The notes: a model not told the origin generated them from the sequence alone. 64,000 nucleotides of DNA from Cyanobacteria bacterium P01_H01_bin.74 (GCA_038745945.1 JBCDLA010000001.1:1898-65897), one strand, 5' to 3'; shown: positions 35,908 through 46,576, counted from the stretch's first letter. A program made the numbers and translations.

Positions 35908-36378
35908 ATGGGTAAGAAAGAAGATAAAACACAGAATATTGTAATGAAAGCAAAGAAAAGACGGTATGATGGCGGATCGGAAGTTTCGCTGATTGAAATG
36001 ATTGAACGCCGCAAAACAGACGATGAAAAAAAAGCCAAAGATATTCTGGCCAGCAATCCACTGATTGCCAGTGCAACTGAGGCAAAATCTGCGCCGAAGT
36101 CGTTTCAACCCAATGTTGATTTAAAATCCAAAAAAAACAAGCCACTTGGCAAAGTCTCCAGCGCTCTGGTTAAAGGTCCACTTCAGATTTGTATTGGCAT
36201 TGTTGGTGTGTTTACCTCCGTGCTGGGCATTTATGTCTTCCAGGTTCAAAAACAAGACAAGTTGGCAGAACAAAGCAAAGTGGTATTTAAAGAATGTTTG
36301 GCCAGCATTCAAAAAGGGTGCCTGGATACGTTAAAATCCCCCTTTATTGCAGCAAAAAGTGTTCTGTTTAAAAATTAA
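35908..36378 (+). CDS. Hypothetical K-rich small protein with a single C-terminal TM (tail-anchored).
   Basis: ORF flanked by AT-rich DNA, moderate RBS, no homology recognised. Confidence 0.3.
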   Translation: MGKKEDKTQNIVMKAKKRRYDGGSEVSLIEMIERRKTDDEKKAKDILASNPLIASATEAKSAPKSFQPNVDLKSKKNKPLGKVSSALVKGPLQICIGIVGVFTSVLGIYVFQVQKQDKLAEQSKVVFKECLASIQKGCLDTLKSPFIAAKSVLFKN

Positions 36379-36815
36379 AATGCCAGCAAGTTAATTCGAT
36401 GGCAAGCAAGAGAGAATACAATACCGGATGATTCAATGCGTTTACTGAACAAACAAGAAGTACTAAAAGCCAGCGTGATAAACAATACCTCAATTCTGTA
36501 CAAACCCGTCATTTTTCGTGGTTCTTAAAATACTGCTGTTAAAGTCCATCAGGAATAAAAACAAAAAATACCTGATATAAAAAATGCATACCATAAAGTC
36601 TTTTTGAAAATAGCATCTAGCAGACACTTCAATAATATTTTTAGAGACTGCTAAAAACAAAAAGTATGCAAAAAATGTGAAAAGTCAGCAAAATCAAGAA
36701 ATTTGATTTTCAATCCGGGGTCAGTGTTGTAAAATAGCCAGACGGTAAATTAAGCCATCTGCTTGATTTAAAGTAAACTGCCTCTTGAGTTACTACATAT
36801 GATTTAATCAAATAA

Positions 36816-38336
36816 TTGCCGATGACACGCCCTTTAAATCTACCACCAGAACACCCTGTTCGTGTTCGAATTGCGCCCAGTCCCACAGGAAATTTACATG
36901 TCGGGACAGCACGGACGGCCTTATTTAATTATATGTTTGCCAAACGGCACAACGGTCAGTTTATCCTGCGCATTGAAGATACCGATTTAAGCCGGTCAAA
37001 ACCCGAGTATAAAGACAATATATTTAAAAGTTTACAGGAGATTGGGTTAAACTGGGACGAAGGCCCTGATATTGGCGGAGACTACGGGCCTTATAAGCAA
37101 TCAGAGCGGCTACCGGTTTACAAAACTTGGGCTGAAAAATTAATTGCAGCAGACTTTGCTTATTATTCATACGAAACCCAGGCAGAACTGGATGCTGCCC
37201 GTGAAAAAGCTCAAGCTGAAAAACGACCCAATATATATAACGGCGCTTGTCGTGATCCTGAGATCAGAAAAACCTTGTCTCAGCAACCTGATGAAACGGG
37301 ACAACCCAGAAAACCGTCCTTGCGGTTCAAAATTCCTAAAGCCGCGGGAACTTTAACATTTAAAGACCTGGTACGCGGTGATGTCTCCTTTGATACGGCA
37401 TTGCTCGGCGATTTTGTCATCATGAAATCAGACGGCACGCCCAGCTACAATTTTGCGGTTGTGGTGGATGACATTACGATGGCAATCAGTCATATTATTC
37501 GTGGCGAAGATCACATCTCAAACACACCGCGTCAAATCCTGCTGTACAACGCTTTCGAAACCCCCTTACCCCAATTTGCCCATGTGGGTATGATTCTTGC
37601 ATCTGATCGCAGCAAACTCTCTAAACGCCATGGGGCGGTTGCTGTTTCCGACTACATTGCCCAAGGCTATTTGCCTGAGTCATTCTGTAATTTTATGGCA
37701 CTGATGGGCTGGTCCCCACCGGATGGCGAAGAAGTTGCTGCCCTGAGCCATTTTATTGCGCAATTCAGTCTTGAGCGCATCACCCACAGCCCGGCTGTCT
37801 TCGAGATGGACAAGCTCAACTTCTTGAACGGCAAACGCATCCGCACAATGGCAGTGCCCGAGCTGCTTTTACTTGTTCAGCCCTACTTAACCCAATTTGA
37901 CCTGACCCATTACCCCAACGAACGGTTGCTACAAATCTTAGAGGCAGTCCGCGAGCCTTTAACGCGGCTGAATGAATTTCCTGATGCGGTGTCTTATTTC
38001 TTTGGACGTGCCATTGCCATTGAGGCAACACTCATTGATGAGGTACTGACAGGAGAGACGCCTCACCAGGTGCTGACTGCATTTCAATTGGAATTTATGC
38101 CCACAGCAGCATTTGATAATCAAGCTCTTCTGACCGATCAACTCAAAGCCTTCACCAAACAATTAAAACCCATTAAAGTTAAAACCATTATGTGGGCCAT
38201 TCGCGCTGCATTGACTGGGCGCGTTCATGGGGCTGAGCTGTCAACTATTCTTTTTATTCTGGGAAAAGAAACGGTTGCACACCGCCTGAATGCAGCACTG
38301 GCCTTGTGCTTGCCCACAGAAAAAACCACAAGCTGA
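36816..38336 (+). CDS. gltX: Glutamyl-tRNA synthetase.
   Basis: HVGTARTA (HIGH-type) and KLSKR (KMSKS) motifs. 506 aa. Confidence 0.9.
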   Translation: MPMTRPLNLPPEHPVRVRIAPSPTGNLHVGTARTALFNYMFAKRHNGQFILRIEDTDLSRSKPEYKDNIFKSLQEIGLNWDEGPDIGGDYGPYKQSERLPVYKTWAEKLIAADFAYYSYETQAELDAAREKAQAEKRPNIYNGACRDPEIRKTLSQQPDETGQPRKPSLRFKIPKAAGTLTFKDLVRGDVSFDTALLGDFVIMKSDGTPSYNFAVVVDDITMAISHIIRGEDHISNTPRQILLYNAFETPLPQFAHVGMILASDRSKLSKRHGAVAVSDYIAQGYLPESFCNFMALMGWSPPDGEEVAALSHFIAQFSLERITHSPAVFEMDKLNFLNGKRIRTMAVPELLLLVQPYLTQFDLTHYPNERLLQILEAVREPLTRLNEFPDAVSYFFGRAIAIEATLIDEVLTGETPHQVLTAFQLEFMPTAAFDNQALLTDQLKAFTKQLKPIKVKTIMWAIRAALTGRVHGAELSTILFILGKETVAHRLNAALALCLPTEKTTS

Positions 38337-38381
38337 CCCCTTTTTTATACTGACTATCAGCCAATACCACAGGCCATTGCA

Positions 38382-39161
38382 ATGACATCGTTCTCTCAAA
38401 TTTTGGCTGTTATTCCTGCCCGTTATGAATCAACCCGGTTTCCCGGAAAGCCACTCGCTGATATTTATGGAAAGCCGATGATCCAACATGTCTGGGAACG
38501 GGTTTGTGCGGTTTTACCCACTGAGCAGGTGATTGTTGCAACCGATGATGCGCGTATTTACTCAGTGGTTGAATCGTTTGGGGCGATAGCAGCAATGACA
38601 AAGAGTACCCATGAGTCAGGAACTGACCGCGTTTGGGAGGTCGCCAGCAATCGCCCTGAATTTGACTGGGTGCTGAATGTGCAAGGTGATGAACCGTTTT
38701 TACCCACAGATCATATTCAAAAACTTTGTCAAGCCAGTGAAACCGCCAGTTATTCAGATGCAGATATTTTAACATTGGTCACCCCAATAACAGACGTTGA
38801 AGAATGGCAGAATCCCAATTCTGTGAAAGCAGTTTTGGGTCAAAACAAGCAGGCATTGTATTTTTCCCGAGCTGCCATTCCTTTTAACCGCAATGCCCCC
38901 AAGCAATTGCCTGCACAGACATACCGGCATCTGGGGCTTTATTTGTACCGCAGGCAAGCTTTACAAACCATTACCGATGCTTGTCCACACCCGCTGGAAT
39001 ACACTGAAAAACTGGAACAACTGCGCGCACTGGCATTGGGGTTTTGCATTCAGGCTGATGTTGTGGAGAATACCCCCACTGGCATTGATACCCCAGAAGA
39101 TTTGCACCTGTTACTGAATCAAACCCCATCAGCTTCTTGCCATTCAGTTAAAGCTAAATAA
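38382..39161 (+). CDS. kdsB: 3-deoxy-manno-octulosonate cytidylyltransferase (CMP-Kdo synthetase).
   Basis: VIPARYESTRFPGKPL N-terminus, QGDEP motif, ~259 aa. Confidence 0.85.
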   Translation: MTSFSQILAVIPARYESTRFPGKPLADIYGKPMIQHVWERVCAVLPTEQVIVATDDARIYSVVESFGAIAAMTKSTHESGTDRVWEVASNRPEFDWVLNVQGDEPFLPTDHIQKLCQASETASYSDADILTLVTPITDVEEWQNPNSVKAVLGQNKQALYFSRAAIPFNRNAPKQLPAQTYRHLGLYLYRRQALQTITDACPHPLEYTEKLEQLRALALGFCIQADVVENTPTGIDTPEDLHLLLNQTPSASCHSVKAK

Positions 39162-39317
39162 GATAAATTTTATAAAATAGCGGTGAGGCTAAAAAACGAA
39201 AACGGTTTAGTCTCTGTTTTTAATACTATTCTTTTTTCAACCCCAAATTCTTATTCATCAAAAACACTTGAAAGCTATTAAAAGACTTTTGGGCTTTACG
39301 TCCTTTATTGGGATGTA

Positions 39318-39394
39318 TGGGGCGAGTGATGGGGCTCGAACCCACGAATACCGGGACCACAACCCGGGGCCTTAACCACTTGGCTACACCCGCC
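39318..39394 (-). tRNA. tRNA-His (anticodon GUG) with the encoded G(-1) and a 3' CCA.
   Basis: Minus-strand sequence GGCGGGTGTAGCCAAGTGGTTAAGGCCCCGGGTTGTGGTCCCGGTATTCGTGGGTTCGAGCCCCATCACTCGCCCCA folds as a cloverleaf. Anticodon loop TTGTGGT. Extra 5' G pairing with C73 is typical of tRNA-His. Confidence 0.9.
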
Positions 39395-39579
39395 ATATGT
39401 CTTTAATGGTTTGAATAGTAATCAAAAGACCAGGGAAACTCAAGCGTTTTTTTTACTTTTTACTTATAATAAACTTCCAAAAGCTTGATTATTAGACCCG
39501 CAAGGTCCAGGACAATTTTTTTGATAGACGATTAATTTCTACAATCTTATTCTTTACTGAAATCAAAAGAGACAAATCG

Positions 39580-40536
39580 ATGCAAATGACCAACGAGCAA
39601 ATAGACGCACTGTTTCATCAACTGGTTGATGATTTTTCCAAACACCACCCACTAATGCCACAAGTGGTTCAAGAATTGTTAAACAGACAACAGGTTACCT
39701 CTGATCAAATTGAAGGATTTTTTAAAGAAACCCTGCAGAGTCTTGAAGACTGGACTATTGATTTAATTTTTTCGCCACAATTCACCCCGACCCTTGAAGA
39801 CAAGGCGCCTTACGCCAATATCTTACAAAACAGAACATTGTCAAACGAACAGTGCGAGCAAATTAAAGCCAAAGTTCTTGACAAAAATTTGACCATTGCG
39901 TTCTATTTTGCCGAACAAGATATTACGCTGAAAACTGACTTGCATGATTGTTTCCTGGATCGTTATGTTGACCGCTTAGGCTTAACAGATTCAATTTCAG
40001 ACAGCGTTTTACAACACCTGACTGAAATCATTAAAACAGTTTATCAACAATCTCAAACAAGCCAAGCAACACCGCTCACACAAACAGAAGCAATGGGTCT
40101 GGCACTGGCCAGTGTTCGCAATAAAACCTGGCAAAAACCTGAAATCCACCAAATACTTGAAGCCTATTTGATTGGTTTACAAGCCTTCTTGGATGATGAA
40201 ATTGCCCAGCAGTCTGAATTGCCCCCCATTGCGTTTAATTTGCATAATGCCTTGCTGCATCTGGTTGATTTTGTTAAAACTTACCGGCCTGAAGCCATTG
40301 CAGATATACCCAAACTGGCAGACAGTTTAATCAAATCTTGTGAGCGGGATATGGAAACTGTGGGTTCCCAAGGATTTCACGATGAATACCTGAAAAACCT
40401 TTACGCACAGAACGAGGTTACCACAGGAAAGTCAGATGAAGTCTGGCAGCATTATTACACCATGATTCAACAGGCCAATTACTTGAAACATATTGTATCT
40501 CATGCAATAAAAGCAATGGCAAAGGCGTCTGTTTAG
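39580..40536 (+). CDS. Hypothetical 318-aa all-alpha soluble protein, unknown function.
   Basis: Long ORF next to tRNA-His, flanked by AT-rich non-coding DNA. No motif recognised. Confidence 0.45.
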   Translation: MQMTNEQIDALFHQLVDDFSKHHPLMPQVVQELLNRQQVTSDQIEGFFKETLQSLEDWTIDLIFSPQFTPTLEDKAPYANILQNRTLSNEQCEQIKAKVLDKNLTIAFYFAEQDITLKTDLHDCFLDRYVDRLGLTDSISDSVLQHLTEIIKTVYQQSQTSQATPLTQTEAMGLALASVRNKTWQKPEIHQILEAYLIGLQAFLDDEIAQQSELPPIAFNLHNALLHLVDFVKTYRPEAIADIPKLADSLIKSCERDMETVGSQGFHDEYLKNLYAQNEVTTGKSDEVWQHYYTMIQQANYLKHIVSHAIKAMAKASV

Positions 40537-40917
40537 TCTTTATTTTAATCTGCCTCTTAGGGCCTGTTGAGACTATTATTTGTAATCATTATTTTTCAAA
40601 GCATTTTTTGTATTAAAACGAAAATTTCTTTTACAAATACTTTTTTTTTATTTTGTTAGAGGTTTTGGTTCTCTCTTATCCCCCAGCCGTTTATTTACAT
40701 AAAAGGCTTCTACTTTCTACTTTGCGATTCAGTCTTCCCATAGGGCACACAGTTGAAAGAGTGATAAGCAACTGATTAACTTGCCTTGTCTTTGAATTGT
40801 GTTTAGGAGAAAGAAGAAATCGGACGTTTCTTCTGCTACCCAGCAGCTTATATCGGAAAGGGTGTCGCTTTCCCTTAACAAAGTAAATAAAGAAAAAAAT
40901 GTTTGAGAAGACTTTTC

Positions 40918-42279
40918 CTAAACATGCACCGTGTCATTTTGTTCTTGTGTTTCAAGCTTGTCCGATAGTTTTTCAGGCAATGATTTCTCAGACTTGCAGC
41001 CCAATTTTTCAAACTTTTTCAACTGGGCAACAATCCCCCGCCTGCCGGTTAAAGTGGTTTCGGTTTCTTCATACTGATGGCCAACCTGCTCCAGGCGTTC
41101 GCCCAGTTTTTCAAATTTTGAGAGAAACAAAGCCGCCCGACGGTGAAGTTCTTCGCCCAAGGCTTGAATTTCTTGAGCATTTTGAGACAACTTGGCTTGA
41201 TCCCAGCCGTAGGCAACTGTTTTTAAAATGGCCATTAAAACCAATGGACTGGCAAGCAGTACTTTTCGCTGAAAAGCTGCTTCCATCAGCAAAGGCTTCT
41301 CTTCCAGGGCTACCCTTAGCATCGACTCTCTAGGGACGTAAAGCACCACAAAATCAATGCTGTTTTTATGCAACGCGGCGTACCCTTTCACATTCAGCGA
41401 CAAGATTTCTTTTTCCAGGGCATCGGCATGTTTTTTCCGGGCTTTTTGGGCGGCTTCCGTGTTGTTGCTGTCATCTGCCAGTAATAACTGCTCAAGGTTA
41501 ACCAGTATGGTTTTTGCATCAATATAGATAACCCGCTCATTGGGCAAGAACAGGGTAATATCGGGCCGAAGGCTGTTTTGGATCTTTTGGGCTTCAAAAT
41601 GGACGCCGGGCTGCAACCCAGACATTTCAAGCAGTCGGGTAAGCGCCAACTCGCCCCAATCCCCTCGACCCTTGCTGTTGCTGAGGGCTTCTGCCAGTCT
41701 GTCTTTGACCTGAACCAGTTGTGCGGTTTGACTCACCAGCAGTTCAATATGATTCTTAAGCCCAGCCGTGTCACTGATCTGTTGTTTTTCCAGGGCTTTC
41801 ACCTGTTTTTCATGGGCCAGAATAATATCTTTTAAAGGTTTTACCACCAAACCGAGCCGCTCCTCCATAGTGGCTTGCATTGTGGCTTGCCGCTTGATGT
41901 CAGTTTTTTCTTGGCGGGTTTCCATATCGGTCTGCAATGCCTGAAGCACTGTTTTACTGAGTTGCTCAAACTGACTGGCCTGATCAGCTTCTGTTTTTAA
42001 TTGCTCTTCTAATCGGGTTTGCAAGGTTGCATTGCTTAGGGCCAGCTCGGTATTCTCAAGCCGAAGCTGATCCTGCATGGATTCAAGCGTGGCGACTTGA
42101 TTGGTTAATTCTGTTTTTAACTGGGCATTGCTGGTCTCAAGATGCTCTTGGGTCAACTGGGCCAGCGCATTTTGCTGCTTAAGTTTCATGTTGAAGACAA
42201 CCCAGCAGACCAGGGCTGTCAACAAAGCACCCCCTGCGACACTTGAAAAAATAAATACCCAATCAGACAGAACCATCAT
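40918..42279 (-). CDS. rmuC: DNA recombination protein RmuC.
   Basis: N-terminal TM, long coiled coil, C-terminal RmuC block (...RPDITLFLPNERVIYIDAKTILVNLEQL...). Confidence 0.75.
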   Translation of the reverse strand: MMVLSDWVFIFSSVAGGALLTALVCWVVFNMKLKQQNALAQLTQEHLETSNAQLKTELTNQVATLESMQDQLRLENTELALSNATLQTRLEEQLKTEADQASQFEQLSKTVLQALQTDMETRQEKTDIKRQATMQATMEERLGLVVKPLKDIILAHEKQVKALEKQQISDTAGLKNHIELLVSQTAQLVQVKDRLAEALSNSKGRGDWGELALTRLLEMSGLQPGVHFEAQKIQNSLRPDITLFLPNERVIYIDAKTILVNLEQLLLADDSNNTEAAQKARKKHADALEKEILSLNVKGYAALHKNSIDFVVLYVPRESMLRVALEEKPLLMEAAFQRKVLLASPLVLMAILKTVAYGWDQAKLSQNAQEIQALGEELHRRAALFLSKFEKLGERLEQVGHQYEETETTLTGRRGIVAQLKKFEKLGCKSEKSLPEKLSDKLETQEQNDTVHV

Positions 42280-42354
42280 TTTAAGAAGACCCTTTTATTT
42301 CTTGCGCTTAATAAAAACTCTCAATAAAAACTAAATTAAAACCAATTATAAAAA

Positions 42355-43434
42355 CTAAGCCGCTGAGACCCATTGGGCAACCAGGCTTTCTGCAAGCCGC
42401 ACGGCATTCAGGGCAGCACCAATGCGCAGGTTGTCTGCCACAACCCAGAGATTAACCCCAAATTCAGGGTTGGACGTATCTTGACGAATCCGCCCGACAT
42501 ACACCGGATCTTTGCCAGAAACCTCAATGGGGGTGGGGAAAGCATCCGGAGTTTCAGCAACCACCACATCTGATGTTTTTTTCAGGACTTCGCTGACCGC
42601 ACTGGGTGAAACGGGTTGGTTAAAATCCAGGGTCACCGCTTCGCTATGGCCAATCAGAACTGGCACCCGGACAGCAGTCACGGTAATTTTCAGATCAGGC
42701 CGGTGCAATATTTTTCGGCTTTCATGAATGACCTTGGTTTCTTCTTTGGTATAGCCCGCTTCAAGGCCTGCGTCGACAAAGCGATCAATTTGCGGCACCA
42801 GATTAAAAGCAATGGGCCTGGAAAAAACAGTGTTTTCAGCCTGCTCTTTGCCGTCGAGCGCCATACCCATTTTGTTCATCACGGTTCTTGTAGTCTGAAT
42901 TAACTCGTCCATACCGTCTTTACCGGCCCCGCTCACCGACTGGTATGTGCTGACAATCGCCCGGTTGATGCCAAAGGCGGTATCAAGGGCTTTAAACACA
43001 GGCATCAACTGGGCTGTTGAACAATTGGGGTTTGAGATAACGCCCTGGTGGTTAGCAATATCGGCATCATTGACACCGGCCACAACCAGTGGAACCCCGT
43101 CAGCCAGGCGAAAAAAGCTGGTATTGTCAATCACAACACAACCCCGTTTAACTGCTTCAGGAACCAGTGTTTCGCTAACGGCCCCACCCGCTGAGGCCAA
43201 AACAATGTCGACCCCTTCAAAGGCTTCAGGCGTTGATTCAACCACGGTGTTACTGTTTCCCTGGAAAGAAACGGTACTTCCTGCTGTGCGTTTACTGGCC
43301 ATCGGAATGAGTGTACCAACCGGAAACTTGCGGTCTTGAAGAATCTGAATCAGGTGAGCCCCCACCAGGCCAGTTGCCCCCAGAATGGCAACCGTAAACC
43401 CGTCTTTTTTACCCAGTAAGTTGAATGTCGCCAT
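42355..43434 (-). CDS. asd: Aspartate-semialdehyde dehydrogenase.
   Basis: VAILGATGLVG, NPNCST (active-site Cys), SGAG. Close overall resemblance to Bacillus-type Asd. Confidence 0.9.
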   Translation of the reverse strand: MATFNLLGKKDGFTVAILGATGLVGAHLIQILQDRKFPVGTLIPMASKRTAGSTVSFQGNSNTVVESTPEAFEGVDIVLASAGGAVSETLVPEAVKRGCVVIDNTSFFRLADGVPLVVAGVNDADIANHQGVISNPNCSTAQLMPVFKALDTAFGINRAIVSTYQSVSGAGKDGMDELIQTTRTVMNKMGMALDGKEQAENTVFSRPIAFNLVPQIDRFVDAGLEAGYTKEETKVIHESRKILHRPDLKITVTAVRVPVLIGHSEAVTLDFNQPVSPSAVSEVLKKTSDVVVAETPDAFPTPIEVSGKDPVYVGRIRQDTSNPEFGVNLWVVADNLRIGAALNAVRLAESLVAQWVSAA

Positions 43435-43627
43435 AATTGGGGCTTCCTTGTTAATAAAACGTCTATAAATCGTTTACAGATAAATCAGAATTTGCGTTCA
43501 AAAAAATTTGAGTGCAAAAAGTGCTTTAAAAAATTTTCACTGCGTTTTTTTAGAAATCTTGAATGAAACGCAGTATAATAGTAACGCAACAGCACTGCAT
43601 GTGCACCCACAGAATGAAAGATCAGCT

Positions 43628-44578
43628 ATGCCAGCCTTGTTTCCAGAAATTGAGCCCTTAAAAACGTTTTACCTGCCGGTTGGTGATGGGCATGCGCTTT
43701 ATGTTGAAGAACTGGGCAACCCAGAAGGACAACCCATTGTCTTTTTGCACGGGGGTCCTGGTGGCGGATTTACTGAAAAGCACCGGCAAGTTTTTGATCC
43801 TGCCTATTACCGAATTGTCCTGTTTGATCAGCGTGGTTCCGGGAAAAGCACACCGCATGCATCATTGGATGCCAATACAACCTGGCACCTGGTTGATGAT
43901 CTAGAGCATTTGCGCACCCACCTTGACATTGTGCAATGGGTCGTTTTTGGCGGATCTTGGGGCAGTACGTTGGCACTAGCCTATGCACAAACTCACCCCA
44001 ACCGGGTCAAGGCGTTGGTTTTGCGCGGCATCTTTTTATGCCGTCCTGAAGAAATTAACTGGTTTTACGAATGGGGCGGCGCCTCCTGGTTATTCCCCCA
44101 ATTTTGGCAGGATTATGCCGCATATATTCCAGAAAAAGATCAGAACCATCTGGTTGCAGCCTATTACAAACGTTTAACCAGCAACAACATTGTTGAACGC
44201 CTGCAAGCTGCAAAATCCTGGAGCCGGTGGGAAGGGGCAACCAGTAAACTCGTTCCCGATGAAGCGGTAATGCACTCGTTTGAAGCAGATGCGCATGCCC
44301 TGGCTATTGCCCGGATTGAATGCCACTATTTTTATCACCATTGCTGGCTTGAACCCAATCAGTTGCTGAACAATGCCGGTAAAATCAGTCATATCCCCAC
44401 CTGGATTGTGCACGGCCAATACGATGTCATTTGTCCGTTCAGAAATGCGTGGGAGCTTTATCAAGCACTCCCTGAAGCCCATTTTCACTGCATTCCAGAT
44501 GCCGGACACGCCATGAGTGAGCCGGGTATTCTAAAAATTTTGCTTGCCGCCTTGGAAACCATTAAAACCCTCAATTGA
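43628..44578 (+). CDS. pip: Proline iminopeptidase (alpha/beta hydrolase, S33).
   Basis: FLHGGPGGG and GGSWGSTLAL (nucleophile elbow). The ORF-track start at 43508 is upstream; the ATG at 43628 has an RBS and gives a typical ~316-aa protein. Confidence 0.8.
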   Translation: MPALFPEIEPLKTFYLPVGDGHALYVEELGNPEGQPIVFLHGGPGGGFTEKHRQVFDPAYYRIVLFDQRGSGKSTPHASLDANTTWHLVDDLEHLRTHLDIVQWVVFGGSWGSTLALAYAQTHPNRVKALVLRGIFLCRPEEINWFYEWGGASWLFPQFWQDYAAYIPEKDQNHLVAAYYKRLTSNNIVERLQAAKSWSRWEGATSKLVPDEAVMHSFEADAHALAIARIECHYFYHHCWLEPNQLLNNAGKISHIPTWIVHGQYDVICPFRNAWELYQALPEAHFHCIPDAGHAMSEPGILKILLAALETIKTLN

Positions 44579-44588
44579 ATACACTAAA

Positions 44589-44909
44589 ATGCCAGCCTTT
44601 GAAAATATTGACAACAGTACACTTGAAGCCCTTTTGAAACAGAAAGATCCGCCTGTTCTGATAGACGTAAGGACCCCTGAGGAATGGGCTTACTTGGGGC
44701 ATATTCCGCAAGCCCAACTCATGCCGCTGCACACACTGTCAGGAAAACTGAGCACGCTGTCAAAAACACAGCCGGTTGTGATTGTCTGTGAGCATGGGGT
44801 GAGAAGTGCTGACGCCAGTGCCTATTTGTGTCAAAATGGATTTTCATCTGTATCGCACCTGCAAGACGGGATGGCACACTGGCCTGGGGAACGCGAATTT
44901 GGCCCTTAA
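44589..44909 (+). CDS. Single-domain rhodanese (sulfurtransferase).
   Basis: Active-site loop VIVCEHGVRS. The start is the internal ATG at 44589 (MPAFEN...); the ORF-track start overlaps pip in another frame. Confidence 0.7.
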   Translation: MPAFENIDNSTLEALLKQKDPPVLIDVRTPEEWAYLGHIPQAQLMPLHTLSGKLSTLSKTQPVVIVCEHGVRSADASAYLCQNGFSSVSHLQDGMAHWPGEREFGP

Positions 44910-44998
44910 GCCAAATTACACTGTGCCGAAAGCCTTTTGAAAGCTGTTTGAATTAGAAAGCCGTCTGCAAAAATACTGACTTAGAAAGTGTGTGTCCA

Positions 44999-46120
44999 AT
45001 GGGCAATGAAACGACCAAAGAAACGGTGATTGAAGCATTAAAACAGGTGGTCGATCCTGAAAAAAATCAGAGCATTGTAGCTTTAAACATGGTTGATTTT
45101 GCCAGTGTCTGTGAAGACAAAGTCAAAGTGGATATAATTCTGCCAGCCACCGATTACGTTCACCGAGAAGCCATTTTTGCCAGCGCCAAACAAGCTATTC
45201 TTGAACTGGATGGGATTCAAGAAGCCACTGTGGGCATTTCCTTAAAAACCCCGGCCAAAAACAAACCGTTTCAACGACCAGCAGATAAACCAACAGCCCC
45301 AGTAGCAGCCAAACAACTGTTGCCCAACATTAAAAATGTGATTGCCATTTCCAGTGGTAAAGGCGGGGTGGGTAAAACATCGGTTTCCGTGAATCTGGCT
45401 TGTGCTTTGTCTCAGCTGGGGTATAAAGTGGGAATTGTTGACGCCGATATCTACGGGCCCAATGTCCCCATTATGATGGGCCTCCGCGGTGAAAAAATTA
45501 CGCAGGAAAGCGAATCCGGGAAACCCATGCCCCCGGAAAATTACGGCATTAAAGTCATCAGCGTGGCTTTTTTGATTAAAGAAGAGAAACCAGTAGTCTG
45601 GCGAGGCCCACTCTTAGATCGGATTATCCGGCAATTTCTCAGTGATTTTGAATGGGGCGAACTGGATTTTCTGCTGGTTGACCTTCCCCCCGGAACAGGA
45701 GACGCCCAGTTAACGATTATGCAGGCAGCTGCCCTGTCGGGTGCCGTTATTGTAACCACCCCACAAGAAGTGGCCTTACACGACAGCAGAAAAGGCTTGG
45801 CCATGTTTACCGAGCAAAAAATACCGTGCCTGGGCATTATTGAAAACATGAGTTATTTCTTGTGCAACCGCGGCGAGCGCTATGAGATTTTTGGCCATGG
45901 CGGTGGCAAGGCCGCTGCCAAAGCACTGGGTGTCCCCTTCCTGGGTGAATTGCCGCTGGTCATTGAGCAGCGTGCTGAAGCCGATGACGGTAAGCCCATT
46001 GTGATTGCCTCGCCAGACAGTGACCAGGCAGAGCGCTTCAGAGGGCTTTCAACGCAACTGATTGAAAATCTGAAGCAGGCACAGCACGTGGCAAAGCATG
46101 CCAGTGGGGTACCTTCATAA
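44999..46120 (+). CDS. apbC: Fe-S cluster carrier ATPase Mrp/ApbC (NBP35 family) with an N-terminal DUF59/MIP18 domain.
   Basis: SGKGGVGKTS deviant Walker A and a CxxC-type motif (FLCNRGE). The ORF-track start at 44990 is GTG; ATG is at 44999. Confidence 0.85.
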   Translation: MGNETTKETVIEALKQVVDPEKNQSIVALNMVDFASVCEDKVKVDIILPATDYVHREAIFASAKQAILELDGIQEATVGISLKTPAKNKPFQRPADKPTAPVAAKQLLPNIKNVIAISSGKGGVGKTSVSVNLACALSQLGYKVGIVDADIYGPNVPIMMGLRGEKITQESESGKPMPPENYGIKVISVAFLIKEEKPVVWRGPLLDRIIRQFLSDFEWGELDFLLVDLPPGTGDAQLTIMQAAALSGAVIVTTPQEVALHDSRKGLAMFTEQKIPCLGIIENMSYFLCNRGERYEIFGHGGGKAAAKALGVPFLGELPLVIEQRAEADDGKPIVIASPDSDQAERFRGLSTQLIENLKQAQHVAKHASGVPS

Positions 46121-46210
46121 GCGCTTAGTCAACAGCTCTCTAGCAATTCAAGACGCAAGAAGTGACACGCACCGTTTGGACGCATTTTAAAAAAATTAAT
46201 TTAAAAAATA

Positions 46211-46576
46211 ATGAATAAAAATTCCGTAATGCATGCCAAAAGTTTTTCGGACAGTGTCAAATTTGCATGCCGTGGCATTCAATTGATTGCACGATCTGAA
46301 AGAAATTTTCGCACCCACCTGATTCTTGCTGGACTGGCTATTGCTGTGGGCTTATTGCTCCATTTTTCTTGGATTAAGTGGGTTGTCTTAACCATGGGCA
46401 TTGCTTTTATGCTGGTTGTTGAAATGCTGAACACCGCCATTGAATTTCTCGTGGACTGGCAAGCTGATGGCACTTACAGCACCCAGGCCGCCCAGGTCAA
46501 GGATATGGCTGCCGGTGCATGCCTGACCACCGCCCTTGCAATGGTTGTGGTGGGGGTATTTTTGCTCTGGGGCTAA
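46211..46576 (+). CDS. dgkA: Diacylglycerol kinase (prokaryotic DgkA).
   Basis: 121 aa, 3 TM, conserved EMLNTAIE motif. Confidence 0.8.
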   Translation: MNKNSVMHAKSFSDSVKFACRGIQLIARSERNFRTHLILAGLAIAVGLLLHFSWIKWVVLTMGIAFMLVVEMLNTAIEFLVDWQADGTYSTQAAQVKDMAAGACLTTALAMVVVGVFLLWG

